Source of the DNA: Clostridia bacterium
Lineage (GTDB): Bacteria > Bacillota > DUOV01 > Zhaonellaceae
Length of the DNA: 54,539 nucleotides
Assembly: GCA_012838615.1 (NCBI GenBank)
Contig: DUOV01000005.1
Location: forward strand, 1 to 54,539
Reading direction: 5' to 3'
Both the position numbers and the translations under genes were made by a program. The notes below the pieces were generated by a model that did not search any database, was not told the origin of the DNA, and saw only the letters and a list, made by a program, of their open reading frames with translations. Shown here piece by piece: positions 18,130 to 27,929 of the stretch (positions are counted from its first letter, which is position 1; every line of letters begins with the position of its first letter).

Positions 18130-19383
18130 TTAGATCAGTCTTTTTCCTACTGCTTTGGCTAGCTCAGCTCCATTAACCAATAAGTCACAAACAGTAGCAC
18201 AGATAATCTGCGCTGGAATAATGTAGGCCGCATATTCATCAATTACCCTAAAATCCTTAGAGTGTAAATCTCCGGCAAATCCCCCTAAACATAACTGGCT
18301 TATAGGAAGCTTTTGGGATAAATCACCTAAATCTGTACATTGATAACCATGCTCCTGGTGCTTGACTTTTTGATTAACTAAAACCCGTTCAGCATTTAGT
18401 GTATATACTTTATTAAGTAAAGGATCAGATTCATAGGGCTTATAGCCTGGGATCCGCTCAATTTCGAGCTTACAACCAATTGTATTAGCCCCTCCTTGGG
18501 CCGCCCTTATAATTTTTTCTCTCACATTTTTTATAGCCTTAATAGTTCGTCCTCTGATCTGAACTTCCAAAACAGCTTCCTCAGGAACTATATTAAGGAC
18601 TTTACCTGCTTCAGTTAAGATAAAACTTACCCTAATGTTATCCCCTTCGGGAAATGTATCACGTAAAAATTGGATACCATTTATACTTAAGATAGCAGCG
18701 TTAAGGGCATTAACACATCTACTGGGGTTAAGTCCGGCATGACCGCCCTGTCCTATAAACCTAAACCTGTTTATCTCATAACCGTTACAGCTAACGCACA
18801 AGATAGCTTCAGCCTGATGTTCATTGTCCCGGGATAAAGCATGAGTGGTAAGTGCCATATCTACATCATCAAAACAGCCAAGCCTAAGCATTTCCTGCTT
18901 GCCACTAGAAAACTCCACTTGTCTTGTCTCAAGAAGATGGTTTCTGAAATTAAACTCTAAGTGTTCTTCGGCAGGTACAGCAAAAAATATCATGTCCCCA
19001 TCAAGTTGACTACCCACTCCAGACTTAACTAAAGCTTCAGCTGCAGCCAAAACGGCTACTAGCTGCATATGATGGCCACAGGCGTGAGCTGCTCCCGTTT
19101 CTTTATCAGCTAACGGGTGTTCTGGACAGTAAATAGCATCTAGCTCACCTAAGACCCCCACCGAAGCATAGCTGTTTTTTCCCTGAAACCTACTTTTTAC
19201 ACCGGTTAGGGCATACTTTTCAGTTTTTAAACCTAGCTCTTTAAAAAAGTCCTCTACGAGCTGAGACGTTTTATGTTCGCGAAAACCTAGTTCTGGTGTC
19301 CGGAAAAGCTTATTTCCTAAATCAATAAACTTTTGACTATGCTGTTCCAAATAACCAATTGCCTTTTCTTTTAGTTTTTTCAT
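18130..19383 (-). CDS. M20D-family amidohydrolase (AbgB / hippurate hydrolase / N-acyl-amino-acid amidohydrolase-like)
   Basis: PELGFREHKT...AHACGHH metal-binding motif. ~415 aa, typical of peptidase M20D. Confidence 0.8.
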   Translation of the reverse strand: MKKLKEKAIGYLEQHSQKFIDLGNKLFRTPELGFREHKTSQLVEDFFKELGLKTEKYALTGVKSRFQGKNSYASVGVLGELDAIYCPEHPLADKETGAAHACGHHMQLVAVLAAAEALVKSGVGSQLDGDMIFFAVPAEEHLEFNFRNHLLETRQVEFSSGKQEMLRLGCFDDVDMALTTHALSRDNEHQAEAILCVSCNGYEINRFRFIGQGGHAGLNPSRCVNALNAAILSINGIQFLRDTFPEGDNIRVSFILTEAGKVLNIVPEEAVLEVQIRGRTIKAIKNVREKIIRAAQGGANTIGCKLEIERIPGYKPYESDPLLNKVYTLNAERVLVNQKVKHQEHGYQCTDLGDLSQKLPISQLCLGGFAGDLHSKDFRVIDEYAAYIIPAQIICATVCDLLVNGAELAKAVGKRLI

Positions 19384-19413
19384 CCCTTCTCCTTTTAATC
19401 AGCTTTTTAAAAA

Positions 19414-20766
19414 CTAAAACTCAGCTGCCATCACATTTCCTCTTGATTCCTGATATTTTTCATTCCCTAGTTCAATGGCTCGCTGTAAGATTTTTTCCTC
19501 GTCAACTGTACAGAATTTTTGATTTTCTAAAATAACCTTTCCATCAATAATTACCGTTTCCACGTCACTTGCTTTACCACAATAAACTAAGGATTGTATT
19601 ATGTCATGTAAAGGTTGGATATGGGCTAACCTGGGATTTAAAACAACAAGATCAGCAAGTTTGCCTTCCTCAAGAATACCAGCTTCTATTCCCAACATTT
19701 TTGCCCCAGCTTCGGTAGCCATCTTAAACATTTCAGCACCAGAAATAACAGCCGGATCTTCATAAGCAGCTTTCTGGAGCATTGCACCAAAACGCATTTC
19801 CTCAAACATATCTAAAAGATCATTGGAAGCAGCGCCGTCAGTAGCTAAAGTAACGGGAATACCTTTCTTTAAATAAGTCACGATAGGGGCAATTCCACTC
19901 CCTAGTTTAGCGTTGCTCTTAGGATTATAAATCACGGTTACTTCTTTCTTTTTAGCCAATTCAATTTCATCCTCAGTTAAATGTACACAATGGATAGCAC
20001 AAATTGGCCTGGATAAGAAATCAAGGCTATCCAGATAAGCTAAAGGCGTTTTATTGCACTCGGTAAGGGATTGCTCAACTTCCCATTTTGTTTCAGAAAC
20101 ATGAATGTAAATTTGCAGTCCCCCATACTCTTCAGCTACTTGTTTAAGCCAATCCAGATAATCTGGTGTACAAGCAAAAGGGGTAGAAGGAGCCAAGGCT
20201 ACCTTTAAAATACCATTATTATGCCATTTTTCTATATACCCTACCATTTCTTGCTTCTTCTTATCTTCTGTTTGCATTAAAACCTTAGGAATCCATCTGT
20301 TAACTGTTTGTAGCGCCCCTGTTGCCCGTACACCGATATCTGACCAGGCTTCAAAAATACTATCCAGAGTAATATCCATATCCACAAAAGAAGTAACGCC
20401 GGACCTGACCATTTCTAAAGCACCTAAACCTGCATAATAATAGCCTAGTTCTATACTATTGTGTTGACGATGCTCCTGATGAATAATACGGGAAAAGGGG
20501 AAAGTTACCTGCTCACACCACTCTTTAAGTCGCAAATCGTCTCTAATTCCTTTTAGCATATTTTGATACAGATGCGTATGAGCATTAACCAGCCCAGGGA
20601 TGACTATCTTACCTGTTCCGTCAATTATTTTTACTTCATCTTTCCATTGGTCTAATTTAAAATGACCAATTTTTTTAATCTTGTTTCCCTCAATTAGCAA
20701 ATCTATATTTGTAAGCACTTTATCCGCTTTTTGCACAAGGTAGCTAATATTCCTAAGTAAAATCAC
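19414..20766 (-). CDS. Amidohydrolase_1 superfamily deaminase/hydrolase (COG0402: SsnA / MtaD / guanine- or pterin-deaminase-like)
   Basis: Has PGLVNAHTHLYQ (HxH), HVSET, CAIHCVHL and ATDGAASN motifs in the canonical order. Confidence 0.8.
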   Translation of the reverse strand: MILLRNISYLVQKADKVLTNIDLLIEGNKIKKIGHFKLDQWKDEVKIIDGTGKIVIPGLVNAHTHLYQNMLKGIRDDLRLKEWCEQVTFPFSRIIHQEHRQHNSIELGYYYAGLGALEMVRSGVTSFVDMDITLDSIFEAWSDIGVRATGALQTVNRWIPKVLMQTEDKKKQEMVGYIEKWHNNGILKVALAPSTPFACTPDYLDWLKQVAEEYGGLQIYIHVSETKWEVEQSLTECNKTPLAYLDSLDFLSRPICAIHCVHLTEDEIELAKKKEVTVIYNPKSNAKLGSGIAPIVTYLKKGIPVTLATDGAASNDLLDMFEEMRFGAMLQKAAYEDPAVISGAEMFKMATEAGAKMLGIEAGILEEGKLADLVVLNPRLAHIQPLHDIIQSLVYCGKASDVETVIIDGKVILENQKFCTVDEEKILQRAIELGNEKYQESRGNVMAAEF

Positions 20767-20782
20767 TAAAACTCCCCCTTAT

Positions 20783-21196
20783 CTATTCCATAGCCAAAGC
20801 TCTAACTTGGAGGGCTTTATCCTTGGGAACTATGAGTCTGACAATTGGGGTATGGTCATTTTTAGGACTAACTATAACCTTGTCAACATGAGCTTGGCAA
20901 ATTACCTCGCCCTCATTATTTCTAGCCCTAACCTGTTGTCCTTTTACAGGGAGAGGTAAATATTCATAAGGTATATCTACACTTGCCTCATGGGGACTGT
21001 AATCTAAATCGACTACAAAACAGGCTTGGCCTGGACAAGCAACTATACACCGACCGCAACCAGTACATAAATCCAGGTTTACTTCAGGTATTGCAGTCAA
21101 ATCCTCCCCTACTCTGATGGCGCCTGTTTGACAGGCGTATTCACATGGATTGCAAGGGATCCTTTCAGGACAATCAACTAATACTTTTCTTGCCAT
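20783..21196 (-). CDS. 4Fe-4S dicluster ferredoxin-domain protein (gamma-like subunit), copy 2
   Basis: CNPCEYACQTGAI and CTGCGRCIVACPGQAC. It is a paralogue of 10352..10876. The ATG at 21196 lies 8 nt after an AGGAG, so I prefer it to the track GTG at 21205. Confidence 0.75.
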   Translation of the reverse strand: MARKVLVDCPERIPCNPCEYACQTGAIRVGEDLTAIPEVNLDLCTGCGRCIVACPGQACFVVDLDYSPHEASVDIPYEYLPLPVKGQQVRARNNEGEVICQAHVDKVIVSPKNDHTPIVRLIVPKDKALQVRALAME

Positions 21197-22052
21197 AGCC
21201 CCCACTCCTGTTTATGATCTTATCTAAAAGGTTTAAGGCATTTATCCCACTTATTAAAGACTGTTCAGCCAGATTTAAGCCGCTGCGAGTCATTTCTTCC
21301 AAATTACGTTGGGGTGATAACAGAGGATAATCACTACCTAATAAAATCTTGTCTAATACTCCTACTTCCTGTGCTACCTTATATACTTTAGGCTCATATA
21401 GAAACGGTGAGGCAGCAGTATCATAATAGACATTTTTGTATTTTTCTTTAAGCTCAGGCATCAATTCATAGAAAAAGAGCCCCCCACCCCAATGGGCAAA
21501 AATTACTGTTAAGTCCGGATTCTTATCTACAAAAGCATTAAGTTTTACCGGAGTTGTTGTTGTCTTACCAGGATAATAGTGTCCCACAGGTTCATTGGAA
21601 TGGACAATTAATGGCATATTCCTCTCCTGCAAATAACCGGCAAAAATGATACTGTGTTTTGGGTTTTCTATTTCAAAATTCTGACCATCAGGAAATATCT
21701 CACCAACGCCGATAAGTCCTAAATCTAAACACCTGTCCAATTCCTGCTCAACCTTGGAATCATTAGGATTAACAATCCCAAACCCTATCAGAAAATCAGG
21801 ATGATTTTTTACAGCCTCAGCTACATAATCATTAACCATCTTGCATAAACCAGGATCTTTAAAACCAAAACCAAAAACTACAGCTTTATCTACACCTGTT
21901 CTTTGTAATTCGGCCACAACCTCTTCAGCAGTTGCAAACTTATTTTTAGGACTATCCGATAAAAGCTTAAAATAAGGTTCTCTGGCGCCTATTTTCTGAT
22001 AATCTTTAATGATTTCCGGCGGAGTTACGTGGACATGAAAATCAATTTTCAT
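21174..22052 (-). CDS. Amidohydrolase_2 (PF04909-type TIM-barrel metal hydrolase/decarboxylase/lactonase family), copy A
   Basis: MKIDFHVHV (HxH), VHSNEP, FAHWGG and GSDYP in the order typical of ACMSD/LigI-type enzymes. It is inserted between the delta-like and gamma-like dehydrogenase genes. Confidence 0.8.
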   Translation of the reverse strand: MKIDFHVHVTPPEIIKDYQKIGAREPYFKLLSDSPKNKFATAEEVVAELQRTGVDKAVVFGFGFKDPGLCKMVNDYVAEAVKNHPDFLIGFGIVNPNDSKVEQELDRCLDLGLIGVGEIFPDGQNFEIENPKHSIIFAGYLQERNMPLIVHSNEPVGHYYPGKTTTTPVKLNAFVDKNPDLTVIFAHWGGGLFFYELMPELKEKYKNVYYDTAASPFLYEPKVYKVAQEVGVLDKILLGSDYPLLSPQRNLEEMTRSGLNLAEQSLISGINALNLLDKIINRSGGYGKKSIS

Positions 22053-22341
22053 TTTCCTTACCCCCAGCTAAATCTAAATCTGCTATCACCTTGAGGGTTA
22101 CTGGTCCGACCGGATACCGAATACTACCTGGCAGGAAATGAGCCACAGGCATCCCTAAATAAGCACTTAACAATTTTGCCACGAGCCTCTTGCAGCTTTT
22201 ACCCTGACAATAGCCCATGCCAGCTCGGGTTCTCTTCTTAATTGCTTCTAAGGAAGTATCTCCTGCTTGTAAAGCTTGGATTATTTCCTCCTTTGTTACT
22301 TCTTCGCACCGACAAATTATTTCTCGTTTGCTCATAGACAT
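22042..22341 (-). CDS. Small BFD-like [2Fe-2S]-binding protein (delta-like), copy 2
   Basis: CRCEEVTKEEI...RTRAGMGYCQGKSC. Paralogue of 10081..10368. Confidence 0.8.
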   Translation of the reverse strand: MSMSKREIICRCEEVTKEEIIQALQAGDTSLEAIKKRTRAGMGYCQGKSCKRLVAKLLSAYLGMPVAHFLPGSIRYPVGPVTLKVIADLDLAGGKENEN

Positions 22342-23435
22342 GACTCCTTAGGAATTTTCATGCTAATTATTCCTTGTTTAGCTAGTTGTCTTTTCTCGCC
22401 AAAAGGCCCCTGGCGTAGCTTGGTCAGCCTGTCTTTTATCTTCTGCATTTCATCATCCACTTCTTTAAAGTTCCTTAAGCCAAGTTTTTGGACTGCTGAC
22501 AAACCTGCTAGACGACCTTCATCTAACGCTGTGCTGGCTTCTTCCACTCCGGCCAAATCACCGGCAACCAAGATTCTGCTTTGGGAGGTACACATATTTT
22601 CGTCATGCCAGGGCATCATACCCCCTAAAACCGGGGAATATATTAGGTGACACCCACATAAGGCGGCCAACTCCACTCTAGGATTAAGACCAACAGCTAA
22701 ACAAAGGGTATCTGCGTCTAAAGTAAACTCTGTTCCGGCAATAGGTTTCATATTACTATCAAGCTTACAGAGAATAACTTGTTCCAAGATTTTTTCTCCT
22801 ATCGCTTCCTTTACAGTATGACTCAGCAGTATTCTTACTCCTGCCCTTTTTACCTTAGCGGCATGAACCGCATAACCGGATATTTGAGGTAAAGCCTCCA
22901 CGATTGCTAGTACTTCTGCCCCAGCCTGTTTTAGCTGGTAAGAAACAATTAAACCAACATTACCTGAGCCTACTACTACAAACTTTTTACCCGGTAAAAC
23001 CCGGTGTAAATTAACCATAGTTTGGGCAGCCCCTGCAGTAATAACTCCGGGCAAGGTACTACCGGGAAAACTTAAAACATTTTCCGAAGCTCCTGTGGCC
23101 AAAATAATAGTTTTCCCTTCAAATTTCAGACCTTTCTCTCCACAATAAGCAGTTACAATACCCCCCGGAAAAACACCCCAAACCCTTGTATCCAACTTTA
23201 AAACCACGTTTAAGCTAGCTGCTTCCTTAAGTAAGTTTTCACCGATATCAAAACCTCTGGTGCCGGCATAATGTTCTTTTGAACCAAAAAACTTATGAAT
23301 CTGTTTAAACAACTGACCGCCAGGTCTGGAATTCTCATCAAGAAGTAAAGTTCTAGCCCCTAACCTAGCTGCTTCTACAGCAGCCCCCAGGCCAGCCGGT
23401 CCTCCACCAATCACGATTACATCAAATTTATTCAT
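22332..23435 (-). CDS. FAD/NAD(P)-binding oxidoreductase (alpha-like), copy 2
   Basis: FDVIVIGGGPAGLGAA and FVVVGSGNVGLIVSYQL. The ATG at 23435 lies 7 nt after an AAGGAG and overlaps the upstream stop (ATGAATAA). The track start at 23459 is probably too long. Confidence 0.8.
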   Translation of the reverse strand: MNKFDVIVIGGGPAGLGAAVEAARLGARTLLLDENSRPGGQLFKQIHKFFGSKEHYAGTRGFDIGENLLKEAASLNVVLKLDTRVWGVFPGGIVTAYCGEKGLKFEGKTIILATGASENVLSFPGSTLPGVITAGAAQTMVNLHRVLPGKKFVVVGSGNVGLIVSYQLKQAGAEVLAIVEALPQISGYAVHAAKVKRAGVRILLSHTVKEAIGEKILEQVILCKLDSNMKPIAGTEFTLDADTLCLAVGLNPRVELAALCGCHLIYSPVLGGMMPWHDENMCTSQSRILVAGDLAGVEEASTALDEGRLAGLSAVQKLGLRNFKEVDDEMQKIKDRLTKLRQGPFGEKRQLAKQGIISMKIPKESCL

Positions 23436-23748
23436 ATGTTGACTCCTTTCCAAACCCATGCTGTGTTTTTATTTCCATTCCTTCCCTGATTGGAGTCACA
23501 CAAGTTCGAACATTAGGAACGCCATCAACCTCCATTACACAATCGGTACATTGGCCTATCCCGCAAAATAAACCGCGAGGTTCATTAAACTTATGAGTGA
23601 ATCTAAAAATTTTTATACCATTAGCCAGTAAAGCGGCGGCAATGGGTTCCCCCTCAATACCTTGTATTTCCCTGCCGTCAACTTTTACAGTAACATATTT
23701 TTTCTTTTCCATGGTTCCAAGAATAGGATGTTCTTCAATATGTGCCAT
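23428..23748 (-). CDS. Small [2Fe-2S]-binding protein (HcnA-like), copy 2
   Basis: GLFCGIGQCTDCVMEVDGVPNVRTCVTPI. Clear paralogue of 11981..12304. Confidence 0.8.
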   Translation of the reverse strand: MAHIEEHPILGTMEKKKYVTVKVDGREIQGIEGEPIAAALLANGIKIFRFTHKFNEPRGLFCGIGQCTDCVMEVDGVPNVRTCVTPIREGMEIKTQHGFGKESTYE

Positions 23749-23773
23749 AGTCTTCGCCTACCTTTTGGTGTAG

Positions 23774-23794
23774 AAGCGGGGCTTAGCCCCGCTT
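23774..23794. other. GC-rich intra-cluster hairpin
   Basis: aagcggggc-tta-gccccgctt between the S-component stop (23800) and the next start (23748). The T-run is on the plus-strand side only, so it is not a canonical minus-strand terminator. Confidence 0.4.
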
Positions 23795-23799
23795 TTTAC

Positions 23800-24558
23800 T
23801 TAATCTTCGTCATCATCTTCCAGTCCAGCCTCGGGTCCAACAAAAATACCGATCTTAGGCAAACCTATTAGAAGAGGTACTCCGATAATTCCGGCGCCGA
23901 TAGAAAATATCGTTCTCTCAGTAGGAGAAATAGGAATTAGCATGTTCCACAAGGATGCGGGAAGTTGATATACGACTAAACTAAAATAATTGGCAAGGGC
24001 AGCAGCTCCAACCATTCCTGCAAAAGAAGCTAACCAAACTGCTATAAATTTTTTGAAGAAATTAGCTTCTTTGATTAATTTAGTTCCTATAATACCACCA
24101 ATAATTGCCATAATAGCTCCCAGTCCATAAAATACAATTGCAAAAAATGGAGCCTGACGACCAATTTCATGGGTAAACCAGAGTACGGTACCAAGAGCAA
24201 TAATACCTACAGCTATTGGCCACTTACCCCTAGAGACAGTACCTGATACAAAAGCATTAATAGTACCTATTAAAAATGTTCCTATCCCCGCCCAGGCTGT
24301 GTGGGGAGCAATAATTTGTCCGATAAAGTTACCGATGGCAGCGCAAAGAGCACCCCCAATAGGTCCAAAAAATACTCCTGCCAAGGGGACAAGGGCTGAA
24401 CTAACTGAAAAAGTACCACCTGTTCCTAAAATAGGAATAGAAGGTAGCATATGAGCCACAGCAATTACAGCAGCCCAAACGGCAAGAACAGCGGGATGAG
24501 TATTTCCCATGCCCATTTTTTCAGTAAAGCTTTTCTCTCTTAACTTGACTTCACTCAC
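23800..24558 (-). CDS. Polytopic membrane protein, probable ECF-transporter substrate-capture (S) component of unknown specificity
   Basis: GTG start after AAAGGAGG. About 6-7 Gly/Ala-rich TM helices and an acidic tail (EDDDED). It lies next to ecfA-ecfA'-ecfT in the same operon (group-I ECF layout). Confidence 0.6.
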   Translation of the reverse strand: MSEVKLREKSFTEKMGMGNTHPAVLAVWAAVIAVAHMLPSIPILGTGGTFSVSSALVPLAGVFFGPIGGALCAAIGNFIGQIIAPHTAWAGIGTFLIGTINAFVSGTVSRGKWPIAVGIIALGTVLWFTHEIGRQAPFFAIVFYGLGAIMAIIGGIIGTKLIKEANFFKKFIAVWLASFAGMVGAAALANYFSLVVYQLPASLWNMLIPISPTERTIFSIGAGIIGVPLLIGLPKIGIFVGPEAGLEDDDED

Positions 24559-24660
24559 GACTTCAACCTCCTTTTTTTAGTTATAGAGACTAATTTAGGT
24601 TAGGTTAAGGCTACAGGTTTCCACCTCCTTGTTTATTTCTTTTTGCCTCCCCAAAGACGC

Positions 24661-25461
24661 CTAGATTCCCAGGGCCTCAAGCATATTCAAGCCCAAGACC
24701 CGTTTTTTAGCACCTGAATCTATGTCTAAGTAATCAAACCTCTTAAGCATAGCTTCAGGGGAATCCCAAGGAAAATCTGAACCAAAAACAACCTTGTCAG
24801 GTAATTCCCGTACAGCTACTTGTAGGGCAGTTGCGTTTACAACCTCGGAAGTATCGAGGTAAATATTAGGACAGTTAAGGGCAACTTCAATTGCTTCAAT
24901 CCAATAATCTCCTCCCAGATGTCCAACGATAATTTTCGCCCTGTTAAAACGCTTAGCTAATTCAAATACTGCCTTTAAATCAGTAACATCTACAGGGTAA
25001 TCACAATGGATAAATACTGGAAAACCATTTTGTTCATGGGAAAATTGAAACAAAGGCTCTAATAATTTAGTGTTGCCATGAATACCTACTACTTCTCCGA
25101 TACCTTTTAGTCCTAAGTCTAGAATTTTCTGCGCTTCCATGAGTATCTCGCTTTGAAATAAATCAATCTTGCCAAACCCAATCAACCTTTGGCAATGGTT
25201 AGCTACCACTTGAGCAAGTTTTGTATTGATATCCTGCAAAGCCAGCTCCTGACCCATTCCATTTTGGGCCTCAGTAATTCTGTTAAAAGTCGTTTTGGCA
25301 TCCAATAAGGAATAAATGTGCTCACCCTTGGCTAACCCAGAAGAACAGACTACAGCCTTGTCGATTCCAGCTCGTTTAAGTCTTTTAAGTATTATCTCTT
25401 CCGGCTCGGTTAAATGAGTATGAGCATCAACCAGCATTAACCGCGTTACCGCCTTTCTCAC
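24661..25461 (-). CDS. Amidohydrolase_2 (PF04909-type) family protein, copy B
   Basis: Has VDAHTHL, IHCDYP, VGHLGG and FGSDFPW motifs. Overlaps the 3' end of the upstream ecfA gene by 35 nt. Confidence 0.75.
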   Translation of the reverse strand: MRKAVTRLMLVDAHTHLTEPEEIILKRLKRAGIDKAVVCSSGLAKGEHIYSLLDAKTTFNRITEAQNGMGQELALQDINTKLAQVVANHCQRLIGFGKIDLFQSEILMEAQKILDLGLKGIGEVVGIHGNTKLLEPLFQFSHEQNGFPVFIHCDYPVDVTDLKAVFELAKRFNRAKIIVGHLGGDYWIEAIEVALNCPNIYLDTSEVVNATALQVAVRELPDKVVFGSDFPWDSPEAMLKRFDYLDIDSGAKKRVLGLNMLEALGI

Positions 25462-26284
25462 TTTTTAGAGCAATTAATTTTTCGCCAAATTCCCCAACGT
25501 TGAGGATAGTTTGGTTTATGGGTATTTTCGGTTGTAAGCTGCGTGCAACTTCTGTAATTTGGGGTGGTTTAATATGGGTCATTCTAAGCTTGTCAGGGTG
25601 GGAGAACACTTCTCTTGTACTGCCGTCCAACAAAACCTCACTATTCATCATTACAATGGTTCTTTCGGTATACTCGGCAACTAAAGCCATATGGTGAGTT
25701 ACAACCACCAAAGTATGTCCCCTTTTATTAAATTCTTTAGCAATATCCATGATCTGATAACAGCCACGGTAATCTTGACCGCTGGTTGGCTCATCCAGAA
25801 TGATAATCTGAGGGCCCATGGCAAGGACAGAAGCTATAACAACCTTTGCCCTATCCCCTTTACTCAAAGCAGGAGGGAAGGCATCCCTATAATCATTTAA
25901 GCCTACTGCATCTAAAGCATAGTCGACCCTTTCCTTGATCTGAGCTTCGTTTAAACCCACATTTTTAGGCCCAAAAGCTACTTCTTCTTCTACAGTATTT
26001 GCGAAAAGTTGACGATCCGGGTTTTGGAGAACGAAACCCACTTCTAAGGCCAAATCTGATACAGGCACATTTATAGTATCTCTTCCGTTAACCAGAATTC
26101 TTCCTTCTGTTGGTCGCAAAAGCCCCGTAATATTTTTTAGCAGAGTAGATTTTCCTGCCCCGTTTTGTCCGATAATACCAACAAATTCGCCTTTTTTTAT
26201 ATCAATATTAATATTTTTTAAAGCTAGACTACCTTTTTCGTATTTGTAAGATAAATTCTCGATTTTAATAACTGATTCCCTCAC
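25427..26284 (-). CDS. ECF transporter ATPase (EcfA2-like)
   Basis: GQNGAGKST, LSKGDRAKV signature and IIILDEPTSGQD. The C-terminal extension is typical of EcfA. Confidence 0.85.
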   Translation of the reverse strand: MRESVIKIENLSYKYEKGSLALKNINIDIKKGEFVGIIGQNGAGKSTLLKNITGLLRPTEGRILVNGRDTINVPVSDLALEVGFVLQNPDRQLFANTVEEEVAFGPKNVGLNEAQIKERVDYALDAVGLNDYRDAFPPALSKGDRAKVVIASVLAMGPQIIILDEPTSGQDYRGCYQIMDIAKEFNKRGHTLVVVTHHMALVAEYTERTIVMMNSEVLLDGSTREVFSHPDKLRMTHIKPPQITEVARSLQPKIPINQTILNVGEFGEKLIALKSEKGGNAVNAG

Positions 26285-27162
26285 GCTTCCCCCTCCTCAT
26301 ACCACTTGGTAAGCAACTGTATAGCCTCCTCTGGTAAAATTGGAAAGCCCTTTAAAAGCTGTCCCTTTTCTTCTAAAAGAGTGGCCAGTTCAGATACTTG
26401 AGGTGGACGAATCCAGTTGTCTTTCATTAACTTTGTATTCCTAAATATTAGTTGAGGAATGTCAAAGGCTTGTATCTGGCCATCTTTTAAAACCAGTACC
26501 CTATCAGCAAATTTAGCAATTTCTTCACTCTTATGAGTAGCAATAACAACAGTCATTCCGTACTCATCCTTTAGTTCTCTGATAACACTAAATACTTCTT
26601 CCGTACCTATAGGATCTAGCTGAGAAGTTGGCTCATCTAACACCAAAATTTTAGGTTTCATGGCTATTGCTGCAGCAATGGCCAGTCGTTGTTTTTGCCC
26701 ACCGGATAAGGCTGTAGGATGGCGTTCTGCATATTGTTCTAAACGTACTACTTTCAAAGCCCAACGGATTCTTTCTAAAATTTCCGGAACTGGCATACTT
26801 AAATTTTCTGGTCCAAAGGCCACTTCCTCTTTTACTTTAGTAGTAAACAGCTGAGTTTCCGGATCCTCCAAGACCATCCCTACAATCTGCGACAATTTAG
26901 ATATTGGTGTCTGTAGGGTATTTAGACCTGCGACCGTGATAACACCTTTCAATTTTCCTTGCTGAGAATGAGGAATAACCCCGTTTATGCATTGACAAAA
27001 GGTTGTCTTACCTGCACCATTTTCCCCCATTACAGCAATAAATTCCCCTTCTTTAATTTCTAGATTTAACTCCTTTAAAACCCACTTTTTTGTTCTGGGA
27101 TAGCGATAAGATACATTATCAACCTTAATTATAGTTTCCGCCACATCTGAACCCCCTACCAT
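26281..27162 (-). CDS. ECF transporter ATPase (EcfA1-like)
   Basis: GENGAGKTT, LSGGQKQRLAIA and ILVLDEPTSQLD. The ATG at 27162 overlaps the ecfT stop (ATGGTAG). I prefer it to the track start at 27192. Confidence 0.85.
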   Translation of the reverse strand: MVGGSDVAETIIKVDNVSYRYPRTKKWVLKELNLEIKEGEFIAVMGENGAGKTTFCQCINGVIPHSQQGKLKGVITVAGLNTLQTPISKLSQIVGMVLEDPETQLFTTKVKEEVAFGPENLSMPVPEILERIRWALKVVRLEQYAERHPTALSGGQKQRLAIAAAIAMKPKILVLDEPTSQLDPIGTEEVFSVIRELKDEYGMTVVIATHKSEEIAKFADRVLVLKDGQIQAFDIPQLIFRNTKLMKDNWIRPPQVSELATLLEEKGQLLKGFPILPEEAIQLLTKWYEEGEA

Positions 27163-27917
27163 GCAAAATTCACCCAAAGAGCAATTCCGCATAATATTAG
27201 TATTAAAACTAAGGCTACTATATCGACGTTCTGAAGTGAAATATCTTCGATAAAAGTTTTTGTTTTACCAGCACCAAAAGCTCTGGAATCCATAGCTACA
27301 CCCATTAATTGGGCCCTGCGCATAGCTCCAATTACCAATGGAACTACTAGCGTAGGATATGCTTTAAATTTCTCTATCAATTTACCCTTTTCAAAAACTG
27401 TAAGCCCGCGCATTTTTTGCGCATCCATTATTACCTTGGTTTCATCCTGGAATGTTGGGATAATATTAAGGGCAGTAGTTGCCATGTAGGCAATTTTATA
27501 GCTCATGCCCATTTTAACCAAACCTAAAGCAAGCTTGTTAATAGGTGTAGTCATAATAACCAAAGGCATAAAACATATTAAGGTGAGAAGTCTAAAGCTT
27601 AATAGTAAACCGAAAATCGCTCCCTCTAAACTGAAAAAACCTTTAAAAAGATAATGTTCACCAGGTAAAAATAAAGATTGCACTACAGTTAAAAAAACAA
27701 AAAGACTTAACAAGAATTTTAAAAATCCTTTAACCTTATTTAAAGGTAAACCAGCAATGTGCCAACACATAAGACAACTTAAAAAGAAAGCTGCTATCAC
27801 AAAAAAGTTCGAAAGTAAGAAGATTGTGACTGTTACAACTATTAGGGTAATTAATTTTACTCTTGGATCAAGTCTGTGTACCAATGAATCTCCCGGATAA
27901 TAATCAATTACACTCAA
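27156..27917 (-). CDS. ecfT: ECF transporter transmembrane (T) component
   Basis: CbiQ/EcfT-type membrane protein with the conserved Arg-containing coupling helices (VPLVIGAMRRAQLMGVAMDSRAFG). Confidence 0.85.
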   Translation of the reverse strand: MSVIDYYPGDSLVHRLDPRVKLITLIVVTVTIFLLSNFFVIAAFFLSCLMCWHIAGLPLNKVKGFLKFLLSLFVFLTVVQSLFLPGEHYLFKGFFSLEGAIFGLLLSFRLLTLICFMPLVIMTTPINKLALGLVKMGMSYKIAYMATTALNIIPTFQDETKVIMDAQKMRGLTVFEKGKLIEKFKAYPTLVVPLVIGAMRRAQLMGVAMDSRAFGAGKTKTFIEDISLQNVDIVALVLILILCGIALWVNFAW

Positions 27918-27929
27918 TTAGATCCCTCC

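Noticed and set aside
22276-22650. 124-aa plus-strand ORF
   Set aside because: It is antisense across the junction of two strongly supported minus-strand genes and has no RBS.
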